64,000 nucleotides of DNA from an uncultured Clostridia bacterium (GTDB lineage: Bacteria > Bacillota > Clostridia > Christensenellales > UBA1242), in assembly GCA_947627545.1 (NCBI GenBank), contig CANQWK010000008.1, forward strand, positions 352 through 64,351, written 5' to 3'. Shown piece after piece: positions 28,397 to 37,448 of this stretch (positions are counted from its first letter, which is position 1; each line of letters begins with the position of its first letter). The notes under the pieces were generated by a model. It searched no databases, was not told the origin of the DNA, and saw only the letters and a program-made list of their open reading frames with translations. The translations under genes and the position numbers were made by a program.

Positions 28397-30404
28397 ATTT
28401 TTGTGTTAATTGAAGTAGTTGATATTCGCTTTTTTTAAAGAAATCTTCTTTTTCTTTTAGTAAAGTTAATTTGCCGTTTCTTTCTGTGTTTAATAGTGAA
28501 TAAAAAGGTTCAAAAATATAGTTCCAATTAAAGCACTTTTGTTTATCTAATCCAATATAATCAGCCACATTTTCCGTTCCGCTTGGTGCTATTGGATGAA
28601 GCAAAGTGTTAGCGGTTATAATCATTTGTAAAGTGTTAGCAATTAAAGTTTTTAAACTTTCCTCAGTGGTGGCAGTAGCAATTTCTTTAATCCAATATTT
28701 ATTTATGTTGCGAATAAACACATCTATTGCGTTATACACTTGATGAAATTTTTTATCATACATAAAACGCTCTACATCTAAAATTGTTTTTTTGCAGGCT
28801 TGCATAGTTTCTTCCGTTATGGTTGCCGTTGGAATTATTCCTATTTTTGAGCCGTTTTCGTCAACTCCAAAATTGTTTTGTGTTGAATAAAACACTGTTC
28901 GCAATATGCGGTTAAACACATTTGTTAGCAAGTTGCCTTCAAGCACCATAGGGTCGACATCTTCTGGTTTTGCATCTGGGTTAAACACCTTAGGGTTAAG
29001 GCTAACATTGTTATTGCCAAGGTTCATGGCAAGGAAGTGCATTCTAAACTGCTCTGGCGTATAATATTTTAAAAACTCGCTAGCAACTGGTGGCTTTATG
29101 CTACCCGAAGAACTTGCCTTTTGATTCATATACAATAATAATTTTATTGGAATAACTTTTGTGTTTTGCAACTCGCCCTCTTTAGCCTCGGCTTCTGGGT
29201 GGTTGCCGTTCATATACATAAACATTGCCTGTTGAGCGGGACCATAAAAATATAGGTTATCTTCACCAATAAACTGGTAAACTTTTGAATCTTTACTGCA
29301 CCAAAATTTTTTCCATTCGTCATCTGGCTTGCCTATGCTTTTTAAATAGGTTTTAGTAAACGAAATTGGTGCCCAAAGGCTTTCTGGCCAAACGTAAAAT
29401 GTTTGATTTTTAAGCCCATTAATATCTGCACACGGAACGCCCCATTCTATATTTGCGGTTAACCTAAATGGTGTTAGCGTTTTGCCTGTGCGATAGCGAA
29501 TTTCATATTTATTTAAAATTTCGCACGCTTGCTCGCGGTCGGTTAACTTTTCAAACTGCAAAGTTAAGCTTGGCATTTTGTCGTTTTTAGTTATGTCCTC
29601 AAAAGCGGGTAACTCTGCCTTAATTTCGTTAAGTTTTGATAAATATTCACGCTTAATGTAGATTTCTGGCTTTTTAAAAAACTCGCGTATCTCTTTAACC
29701 ATAAATTGAGGAGTGTCCCCATCATGCTCTATTGAATTTATCCAATTTTCTAATTGAGGAATACATTGCTCCAAATTAAAATAGTGGTTTTGCACCTTGA
29801 TTAACTCTGGCTTTTCCCCCGTTAAGGTGGAGATAGGGTCAATTAAATCTTCTGGCATATATTGGTGACCCAAACTGCACTCGTCCGCATAACCACGCTC
29901 ACTTGTGCAACCCTCAAATGGGCATTTGCCAACCACCTGACGCCCATTTAAAATTAGGTTTAGTTTTTTATCATAAAATTGATAAGACGAATGTGTGGAC
30001 AACATGCCGTTTTTGTTAAGAGTGGTTATAAAGTAATGGCTCATATCCTCATGAATTTTATTTGCAGGTGGAAGGGCTGATGCTCCAAAAAAGTTAAAGC
30101 CAATTTCATAATCCAAAAAAGTTTTGGCTTGCTGTTCGTGATAAAAATTAACATAATCAAAAATAGAATTAAATTTATCTTTAGCCGCCCTATACCCCTC
30201 TATTGTGGTTGTGCCGTAACAATCTGTGCCAGAAATAAACACAACATTTTCTGCACCTATTCTATCTCGCATAAAACGAGCAAAAAAATCCGCACGAACG
30301 GCTAAGCCTACATGTCCATAATGCAATAATTTGTTGCCATAAGGCATGCCAGATGTTATAACCGCCCTTTTTGGAAAGTTTGGTCTTGGTTTTACATATT
30401 CCAT
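28395..30404 (-). CDS. metG: Methionine--tRNA ligase (class I aaRS)
   Basis: HIGH-type LHYGHVG, GTDCYGT, and a CP..C...C..GH zinc knuckle. The KMSKS position is degenerate (KASSSGS). Confidence 0.75.
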   Translation of the reverse strand: MEYVKPRPNFPKRAVITSGMPYGNKLLHYGHVGLAVRADFFARFMRDRIGAENVVFISGTDCYGTTTIEGYRAAKDKFNSIFDYVNFYHEQQAKTFLDYEIGFNFFGASALPPANKIHEDMSHYFITTLNKNGMLSTHSSYQFYDKKLNLILNGRQVVGKCPFEGCTSERGYADECSLGHQYMPEDLIDPISTLTGEKPELIKVQNHYFNLEQCIPQLENWINSIEHDGDTPQFMVKEIREFFKKPEIYIKREYLSKLNEIKAELPAFEDITKNDKMPSLTLQFEKLTDREQACEILNKYEIRYRTGKTLTPFRLTANIEWGVPCADINGLKNQTFYVWPESLWAPISFTKTYLKSIGKPDDEWKKFWCSKDSKVYQFIGEDNLYFYGPAQQAMFMYMNGNHPEAEAKEGELQNTKVIPIKLLLYMNQKASSSGSIKPPVASEFLKYYTPEQFRMHFLAMNLGNNNVSLNPKVFNPDAKPEDVDPMVLEGNLLTNVFNRILRTVFYSTQNNFGVDENGSKIGIIPTATITEETMQACKKTILDVERFMYDKKFHQVYNAIDVFIRNINKYWIKEIATATTEESLKTLIANTLQMIITANTLLHPIAPSGTENVADYIGLDKQKCFNWNYIFEPFYSLLNTERNGKLTLLKEKEDFFKKSEYQLLQLTQK

Positions 30405-30661
30405 AATTGTCCTTTTAATTTTATATAATCCTAAATAGGAAAAATAAAAATAAATTTTAATTTTATACTAATTTTTTATTATGCTACAATTTAACCGCCA
30501 ATAGCTAATATAAAATATCTAATATTATTATATAAATATAGTATATCACAAAAAAAGTTTGTTGTAAATTATTTTTTTATTTTTAATTTTATTTTTTTAC
30601 AAGAATTTTATTTTTTATTTTTATAAAAATTTTTTATTAAATTTTATTACTATTCTTTTCA

Positions 30662-30687
30662 GTTACTTTTCTTGCAAGAAAAGTAAC
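30662..30687. repeat. Intergenic palindromic element, copy 14
   Basis: Core GTTACTTTTCTTGCAAGAAAAGTAAC. Confidence 0.9.
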
Positions 30688-30809
30688 AAAAGAAAAAGTA
30701 AAGCAAAAAAAATAAAATAAAACAATTTAAGAGAACAATTCATGTTAATTAAAATGTTTGACAAATAATTTAAATATGAGATATAATTATATTTAAATAA
30801 GGAGGGCGT

Positions 30810-31685
30810 ATGCCAACAGGATTTTCTTCAGGTGGCGGAAGTAGCCATAGTTCAGGTGGCGGAAATATTGGAGGCGGAGGTTTTGGTGGTGGGCGTTACC
30901 CACGCGGTTTTTTTGGACCAGGCGTTGTAATTATAAATAACCGACCATATAGAATGGGAAAAGCAAGCATTGGTTATTTTATTAACCTAATTTTAATTTT
31001 TGTGCTTGTTATTGTGGCTATGGCTGGCGGAGGCATGATGGCTAACGCGTCTAGTCTAAAAAAGACCATAAAATATGAGTTCATTAAATATCAAGACCTT
31101 ATAGAGTTTGTGGAAAATGACCGCGAGGCTGCCATAGATAGAATTGTAGAAGGTCAAATTAAATCTATTGAGCCAGGATATGGAAAATATAGAGTGATAT
31201 ATGAATTTGATTACCAAAATTATGAAGGCTGCAACGGTTATTCATTTTACGTTTACACCCAGGAAGATTTACGCGAGTTAAATTATAGAGTAGGTGCAAA
31301 AATTTATTTAGCAATAGACCCTTCAATTGTAAACAACGACGGTCCGGATTCTATTCCAATGGATTTTGAAGATTTTGATGTGGAAGATGACGGCGAATAT
31401 GTAGAAGCAAACTTTAATTTTAAAATAGGCGTTGGTATGTTAGTTGGCGGAATTGTTGGCGTTGTGTTGCTAATAATTGCTAATCATTTTATACTAAAAA
31501 AACACGCACAACCGGTAGAGGACGGCAAAAACAACGGTAACAGCGGAAATAACGACAATAATAACAACAATGATGGAAATGCAACAGGCAATAGTGATGA
31601 AGATGAAATAACTTATTGTTCTTATTGCGGTGCAAGAATAAAAAAAGGCGAACAAAAATGCCCTAATTGTGGAGCAAAAAATTAA
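30810..31685 (+). CDS. Hypothetical membrane protein with a Gly-rich N-terminus and a C-terminal zinc ribbon
   Basis: GGAGGG RBS, two TM helices, and CSYCGARIKKGEQKCPNCG at the C-terminus. Confidence 0.5.
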   Translation: MPTGFSSGGGSSHSSGGGNIGGGGFGGGRYPRGFFGPGVVIINNRPYRMGKASIGYFINLILIFVLVIVAMAGGGMMANASSLKKTIKYEFIKYQDLIEFVENDREAAIDRIVEGQIKSIEPGYGKYRVIYEFDYQNYEGCNGYSFYVYTQEDLRELNYRVGAKIYLAIDPSIVNNDGPDSIPMDFEDFDVEDDGEYVEANFNFKIGVGMLVGGIVGVVLLIIANHFILKKHAQPVEDGKNNGNSGNNDNNNNNDGNATGNSDEDEITYCSYCGARIKKGEQKCPNCGAKN

Positions 31686-31708
31686 AGGCTTTAAGCCTTT
31701 ATTTTTTT
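31684..31708 (+). terminator. Rho-independent terminator
   Basis: aaaggct-tta-agccttt followed by a T-run. Confidence 0.65.
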
Positions 31709-31760
31709 GCTTTTATTTAATTTTATTTTATTATTTTTATTGTTTTAACTATTCTTTTCT

Positions 31761-31786
31761 GTTACTTTTCTTGCAAGAAAAGTAAC
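31761..31786. repeat. Intergenic palindromic element, copy 15
   Basis: Core GTTACTTTTCTTGCAAGAAAAGTAAC. Confidence 0.9.
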
Positions 31787-31847
31787 AAAAGAAAACGTAA
31801 AAAAATAAATAAAAATATAAATAAAACAAATTAAAAAACAAAATATA

Positions 31848-31873
31848 AAACAAAAAACAGGCGAAAGCCTGTT
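31848..31873 (-). terminator. Terminator overlapping the alaS stop codon
   Basis: aacaggc-GAAA-gcctgtt followed by a T-run on the minus strand. Confidence 0.65.
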
Positions 31874-33707
31874 AAAAATTTATAATTGCTTTAATGCGGC
31901 GCACACCTGCGGAGACGGCTTCTTGTTTAGTAATTTTAAAGTTTTTAAGTTCGCTAGTGTTTTTAGCGTGTGGTCCGCCACAAATTTGGAAATCTACATC
32001 TCCAATTTTATAAACTGAAACAATTTCATCATCAGCGGCTTTGTGTATGCCGTAAGCACCTTGTGCTTTGGCTTGTTTTAGTGGCATTTCTAGCCTTTCA
32101 ACCGCTATGGCAGATTTTATTGCGTTGTTTACAAAATCTTCTAATTGTTTAACTTCTTCATCGGTTAATTTGCGTTCAAAGTTAAAATCAAAACGCAAGC
32201 GTTCGCTTGTAATGTTGCTGCCCTTTTGTTCAATGCCTGTACCAAACATTTTTCTTAACCCTGCTAGCAACAAGTGGCAAGCCGTGTGCAAGCAAGTGGT
32301 TGCTTGGCTGTTATCTGCCAAACCGCCCTTAAACACTCCTGCATTTGTGGTGCGTGCAAGTTCTTGATGCTGTTTAAAACATTCGTTAAATCCGTTTAAA
32401 TCTACCTTATAGCCACGCTCGGTTGCCATTTCGGTGGTAAGTTCAATAGGAAAACCAAAAGTATCGTAAAGCCTAAACGCTGCCTTGCCAGAAATTGTGT
32501 TATCTAGCACAAAATTTGGGTTGGAACGCATAAATTGATTTTTACGCTCTATGCCTAAAATAACCTTTTCAAATTCCTTGTTGCCAAGTTCTAGCGTTTT
32601 GTTAAATTTTTCAATTTCTGCCGCTATGCTTGAAATAATGTAATCTTGCTTTTCAACTAAATTTGGATATGCCTGATTATACACTTTTTGAATGTAAATT
32701 TTAGCTAAGTCTAGCAAATTTTGTGTTGGAAGGTTAATTTTTTTAGCATGCCTAATTGCTCGCCTTAAAATGCGGCGCAAAATGTAGCCTGCCCCAACAT
32801 TAGACGGCAAAATTCCGTTTTCATCGCCTATAAGCATAACCGATGTGCGAATGTGGTCGGCAATAATGCGCATTGATTTCGTCTGCTCGCTATTCTCACC
32901 ATATTTTATGTTTAACGCCTGCTCCATGTAAGCAATAACATCGGCAAAAAGGTCGGTTTTATAGCCGTCCTTCTCGCCATTTAAAAACATTAACATGCGT
33001 TCAAAACCAAAGCCTGTATCTACATTTTTGTTCTTTAGCGGCTCGTATTTGCCATCACCAAGTTTTTTATATTGCATATACACATCGTTGCCTATTTCTA
33101 CAAATCTTCCGCATTTGCAGTCTATATCGCACTTGCCGTCATGGTTAGGCTGGTCGGTTAGTGGGTAAAACCACTCGTTATCTGGTCCGCACGGAGTGTT
33201 TGTTGTGCCTTCCAATTCCCACCAATTGTCCGCTTTGCCTTTAAAAAATATGTTTTCCTTTTTAATGCCTAATTGCAATAAATAATTTGCTGTTTCATCG
33301 TCCCTTGCCGCGTTTTTATCTCCGGCAAAAACCGTACAACAAATTTTGTTGCTATCTAAACCAAAAACTTTAGTTAAAAGTTCAAAGGTCCACGCCGTTT
33401 TTTCCTTTTTAAAATAATCGCCTAAACTCCAATTGCCCATCATTTCAAAAAAGGTAAAATGACTTTCATCTCCTACTTCATCAATGTCAACCGTTCGCAT
33501 GCAACCCTGAATGTTTGTAAGGCGAGTTAAATTGTTTTTATATGGCTTGCCTAAAAGATAAGGCAAAAGCGACTGCATGCCAGCAACATTAAACATAACA
33601 CCTGTTTCGCCGTCCCCTATTAGCGACACCGCGCCAATGTTTGTATGCCCTTTTGAAATATAGAAATTTAACCATAAATCTCGTAATTGTTTGCTTGTAA
33701 TTTTCAT
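31872..33707 (-). CDS. alaS: Alanine--tRNA ligase, short form (611 aa) lacking the C-Ala domain
   Basis: HFTFFEMMGNWSLGDYFK catalytic motif and editing-domain HTACHLL...CGGPH motifs. The ORF ends right after GVRRIKAI. Confidence 0.88.
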   Translation of the reverse strand: MKITSKQLRDLWLNFYISKGHTNIGAVSLIGDGETGVMFNVAGMQSLLPYLLGKPYKNNLTRLTNIQGCMRTVDIDEVGDESHFTFFEMMGNWSLGDYFKKEKTAWTFELLTKVFGLDSNKICCTVFAGDKNAARDDETANYLLQLGIKKENIFFKGKADNWWELEGTTNTPCGPDNEWFYPLTDQPNHDGKCDIDCKCGRFVEIGNDVYMQYKKLGDGKYEPLKNKNVDTGFGFERMLMFLNGEKDGYKTDLFADVIAYMEQALNIKYGENSEQTKSMRIIADHIRTSVMLIGDENGILPSNVGAGYILRRILRRAIRHAKKINLPTQNLLDLAKIYIQKVYNQAYPNLVEKQDYIISSIAAEIEKFNKTLELGNKEFEKVILGIERKNQFMRSNPNFVLDNTISGKAAFRLYDTFGFPIELTTEMATERGYKVDLNGFNECFKQHQELARTTNAGVFKGGLADNSQATTCLHTACHLLLAGLRKMFGTGIEQKGSNITSERLRFDFNFERKLTDEEVKQLEDFVNNAIKSAIAVERLEMPLKQAKAQGAYGIHKAADDEIVSVYKIGDVDFQICGGPHAKNTSELKNFKITKQEAVSAGVRRIKAIINF

Positions 33708-33786
33708 AATGTCCTTTTAATTATTTTTTAATTTTTTTATTATTCTTTAAGTTGAATTTATAAATTAAATAAAATTTTATAAATTA

Positions 33787-34452
33787 TTAAATAGTAAAAT
33801 TAATGTTCGCGTTTAGTTTGTCCACAACAAGCGAATGAATTTCATCAATTGATTTTAATTGTCCATTTTCTGTGCAGTTTATTGTTTGCCATTTAAGTTT
33901 TTTGGCTATATATTTTGCTCGCTCGTAAGCGTGCTTTAAATGATTAAAATCTTTTTCTAAAATATCTTGCGAATTGCTCGCTTTGTTTTTAAGGTCGGCG
34001 CGTTCGTTGGCTAGGCGGCTGCTTATTTCAACCGGAACATCTAAAAATATAACTATGTCCGGTTTTGGAAGTTTTAACACGCTGTATTCGTAAAACTCCA
34101 CCCAATTTAAGAAAGCGTCTATATCTTCTTTAAACTCTATTGACGCCGATTGGTGTATCATGCTTGAAGGTGTGTAACGGTCCATTAAAACAAAGTCGTA
34201 ATCTTGCAAATTATAGTTGCAAATTGTTGTTAACCTATCAATAGCAAAAAAACTGTTTATTTGATAAGGGCTAAGGTTGTTATTTTCAAACTTTCCGCTT
34301 AAAAACATTTTAACAGGCTCGCAGCCTGGGCTGGCATAGTTTGGAAAACTTAAACTTAAACATTTATAACCCATGTCTGTTAAGTAATTATAAAGTTTTT
34401 TTGTTTGAGTTGCCTTGCCGCATCCGTCTGTTCCTTCAATATTAATAATCAT
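33787..34452 (-). CDS. tmk: Thymidylate kinase-like (dTMP kinase family)
   Basis: IEGTDGCGKATQ P-loop, DRY motif, about 220 aa. Confidence 0.75.
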   Translation of the reverse strand: MIINIEGTDGCGKATQTKKLYNYLTDMGYKCLSLSFPNYASPGCEPVKMFLSGKFENNNLSPYQINSFFAIDRLTTICNYNLQDYDFVLMDRYTPSSMIHQSASIEFKEDIDAFLNWVEFYEYSVLKLPKPDIVIFLDVPVEISSRLANERADLKNKASNSQDILEKDFNHLKHAYERAKYIAKKLKWQTINCTENGQLKSIDEIHSLVVDKLNANINFTI

Positions 34453-34706
34453 ATCAATCTCTCCTTGCTTAATATTATAGCATATTATTTTTATTTTGCA
34501 AATTATTAAATAAGGATTATATAATATATAAATATATATCTATATATAGATACAATAAAAAAGTAAAAATATAAAAATAAACATTAGGAAGTAAATACAA
34601 TATTAACATATAAAATAAGTAATTAAGTAAATATAATATAAAAATTAGTTGTTTTATATAAAAATTTAAATCAAATTTCTTTTATGTTAAAATTTAATGT
34701 TAATTA

Positions 34707-34735
34707 TTGACAAATAAAATTAAATAAGTTAAAAT
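34707..34735 (+). promoter_or_regulatory. Consensus-like sigma-70 promoter ending 6 nt before the start codon
   Basis: TTGACA (34707-34712), a 17-nt spacer, TAAAAT (34730-34735), then gattat and the ATG at 34742. Confidence 0.55.
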
Positions 34736-34741
34736 GATTAT

Positions 34742-36244
34742 ATGAAGAAGTTTAAAAATTTTTGGAAATATTTTACTTTAACAGTTTTGCTGTTGCTAGG
34801 GCTGGTTTGTGCAGGAGCGCTTTATTTATTTTTTGTTCCGCACAGCTCAATTTTTGGTTTGACATATATAAGCTATAAAGAAGATGTTTATTCGGAGAGT
34901 TATGATTTAGGCGAAAATAGTATATACAAAACCTTATCAACCATTAAATTAACCAGTAACCGAATAGAAGTAAACATCAAAGAGGCGGCAAGCTCTGCAA
35001 TTACATTAAAGGTGCATAATCGCTGTTTTGGTTACACGGTAAAAAAACATAGCAAATTAAATTTAAGTCAATTAGTGGAAGAAAGTGGCACAATTTTAAG
35101 TTTTGAAGTAACCGAGCCGGTTGGTGCAGTTGGTGCAGGAAGTTCTTACATTGAATTGCTTGTTCCAAAAGCTACAAATTTAAATTTGGTTTTAATAAAC
35201 AACAGGGCTGAAACCAATTTTAAAGCGGAAAATGTTTCCATAAATAATTTAAATTATCAAACTCATGCAGGAAATTTAAAACTTGTTTCTGGCAAAATTG
35301 TTGGCGAACTAAATTTATCGCTAGGTCGAAGCAAATTTCAAATAGAAAATACTTTTGAAACTTCTAATAATGTTGTAAATTTAAGTTTAACAAGCGGCGC
35401 GTTTAATTGTAAAAATAAAGATTTTAAAACTATCAATTTAAATTCAAGCACAAGTGGTCAAATTCAAGCAAACAAATGTGAAGAAATTAAAGGCAATAAC
35501 TCCAACGCAGGCGGCAGCATAAATATAGTTGAAGTTGTTTCAGCAGATATTGCTGCAGGAGATACAAACATTACAATTAAAATTTTACAATCAGGGTCAA
35601 TTCGTTTAAGCAAATCAGGCAAAGTGAATATAGAAACAATTAATGGAGATGCTGATATTTATGTAAACTCAGGCAGCATAACAGTTAACGAAGCAAAAGC
35701 TTACCTTACTTGTTATAGCACTTCAGGCAAAATTTCAGTTGCAAATGCGTATGGCACAGTAAATGTTCACACCTCAAGCGGCGATGTTAATGTAACTTTT
35801 AATAAAGATGCCGAACATTTTGTTCCTAATATTGAAAATGTTGCTAACCCTAGAAAATTGATTGCTATTGTGGAAACGGGCAATTTAACCACTAGCGGAG
35901 TGGAAAATGTTGACATTCAAGTTACATCAAAGGGAAAAATAAGAGTTTATATGCAAGACGTTATAGGCTCAAATCGTATTGAAGGAAACACAGGCTCGGT
36001 TTATGTTGAAATTAAACTTGACTTGGAAAAACCAGAAACTTGGCCAAAATATGTGTTAACAACACATTCCAACACAGGAAATGTAAGCGTAAACCTTGCA
36101 ACAACACTTGAACAAGGTACAGGCGGTTATACTGATAAAGATAGAACAGAGTTAATTAATGGCGGAAGCGATGTGAATAATTTAAATATTTCAACATCTT
36201 CTGGAAGTTTAACTGTAAGAAACGATTTAACAGCAAGATTTTAA
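34742..36244 (+). CDS. DUF4097-like putative adhesin / beta-helix repeat protein with an N-terminal TM anchor
   Basis: Repeated ...SG.I.V / TSSGDVNV / STSSGSLTV strands typical of DUF4097-type proteins. Confidence 0.5.
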   Translation: MKKFKNFWKYFTLTVLLLLGLVCAGALYLFFVPHSSIFGLTYISYKEDVYSESYDLGENSIYKTLSTIKLTSNRIEVNIKEAASSAITLKVHNRCFGYTVKKHSKLNLSQLVEESGTILSFEVTEPVGAVGAGSSYIELLVPKATNLNLVLINNRAETNFKAENVSINNLNYQTHAGNLKLVSGKIVGELNLSLGRSKFQIENTFETSNNVVNLSLTSGAFNCKNKDFKTINLNSSTSGQIQANKCEEIKGNNSNAGGSINIVEVVSADIAAGDTNITIKILQSGSIRLSKSGKVNIETINGDADIYVNSGSITVNEAKAYLTCYSTSGKISVANAYGTVNVHTSSGDVNVTFNKDAEHFVPNIENVANPRKLIAIVETGNLTTSGVENVDIQVTSKGKIRVYMQDVIGSNRIEGNTGSVYVEIKLDLEKPETWPKYVLTTHSNTGNVSVNLATTLEQGTGGYTDKDRTELINGGSDVNNLNISTSSGSLTVRNDLTARF

Positions 36245-36253
36245 CTAAAATAA

Positions 36254-36280
36254 AAAGCAGATAAATTCTGCTTTTTTTGT
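36254..36280 (+). terminator. Rho-independent terminator
   Basis: aaagcag-ataaatt-ctgcttt followed by a T-run. Confidence 0.65.
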
Positions 36281-36384
36281 TTTTATTTATGTGCAATGTT
36301 TTTGTTTAACAATAATTAAAAACCTTTAAATAAAAATGTAATAAGGTTGGCAGTAAAAAATAAAAGATAAAATTATAAACGTTT

Positions 36385-37062
36385 TTAGCCAAAATATAAA
36401 ATTATGGCAGAAAAAATAGAATTTACAATTTGTTCTTGATATTCGGCAGAATTTAATTTTTGCTCTTCGTTGGGGTTAGATAAAAATCCACATTCAACCA
36501 AAACAGATGTGTAGTATGAACAATTTAAAATGTAATAATCACCTACTTTTGCTTTGTTGTTTGGCGCCTTGCAATAGGTGTTTAGCGATTGTTGAATATA
36601 ATTTGCTATTGTTTTGCTAGCTTCATCGTCTGCTCGGTAATAGGTCAATGCTCCGTGAGCGGTGCTATCTAAAAAACTGTTCATGTGAATAGATATTACT
36701 AAATTAGGATTAGTTTTTTTTATTATTTCAAATCGAGCCTTCATGTCGCTTAATTTTTTGTTGCTGGCGGTGTTAGTATATAATCCATCATCATTTTTTC
36801 GTGTCAGTTCAACTTTATAACCAGCTTTAACAAGTTTATCTTTTAAGGCTAAAGTATATTTTAAATTTATTTCTTTTTCAATTGTTCCGTTTTTACCAAC
36901 ACTTCCACCATCTCGGCCGCCATGTCCGGCGTCTAACACAATTGTTATTCCGTTAAATTTGGAAACTCGTTTAACAACAAGGCTTGAATAAAAACAAGAT
37001 ATTAAAACAAAACAGATAATAATTGAAATTAAACATTTTTTTGTTTTTAAAAATTTTAACAT
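36385..37062 (-). CDS. N-acetylmuramoyl-L-alanine amidase (Amidase_3, CwlD-like)
   Basis: N-terminal TM helix, then IVLDAGHGGRDGG, ISIHMNS and ECGFLSN motifs. Confidence 0.8.
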   Translation of the reverse strand: MLKFLKTKKCLISIIICFVLISCFYSSLVVKRVSKFNGITIVLDAGHGGRDGGSVGKNGTIEKEINLKYTLALKDKLVKAGYKVELTRKNDDGLYTNTASNKKLSDMKARFEIIKKTNPNLVISIHMNSFLDSTAHGALTYYRADDEASKTIANYIQQSLNTYCKAPNNKAKVGDYYILNCSYYTSVLVECGFLSNPNEEQKLNSAEYQEQIVNSIFSAIILYFG

Positions 37063-37167
37063 ATTCCATATTATGCTTTAACAAATAAAAAAATAATTTA
37101 ATATTGCTAAATTGAAATATTGATGAATTGTTAAGTTTAAAATTTATTTTATAAACTATTCTTTTCA

Positions 37168-37193
37168 GTTACTTTTCTTGCAAGAAAAGTAAC
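37168..37193. repeat. Intergenic palindromic element, copy 16
   Basis: Core GTTACTTTTCTTGCAAGAAAAGTAAC. Confidence 0.9.
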
Positions 37194-37311
37194 AAAAGAA
37201 AAAGTTAAACAAAAATAATAATAAAACAAGAAAAATTAGGCAGAATTTACGTCAAAAAGTTTTAAAATCGTTAAAAATTTAATTATTTTGCTAAAAATTT
37301 AAGTTTTCAAC

Positions 37312-37428
37312 ATTTCCACATAGTTATGCACTAGTTATCCACAGGTTTTCCACCGATTGTGGATAACTTTTGTGGAAAATTTTTAAAAAATTGCATTTTT
37401 GACCCTAAAAAGCATATACTTATCCACA
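37312..37428. promoter_or_regulatory. Dense DnaA-box cluster (three perfect and three or four near-perfect boxes)
   Basis: Perfect TTATCCACA at 37335-37343 and 37420-37428, and perfect TGTGGATAA at 37358-37366. Also TGTGGAAAA 37371-37379 (8/9), TTTTCCACC 37346-37354 and ATTTCCACA 37312-37320 (7/9 each). Confidence 0.7.
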
Positions 37429-37448
37429 TTTTGTGCTATAATTTGTGT

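Noticed and set aside
30405-30809. T-box leaders upstream of metG and alaS.
   Set aside because: The upstream regions are short, AT-rich stretches. They lack a specifier-loop or T-box (AGAGA ... GGUGGUACCGCG-like) sequence.
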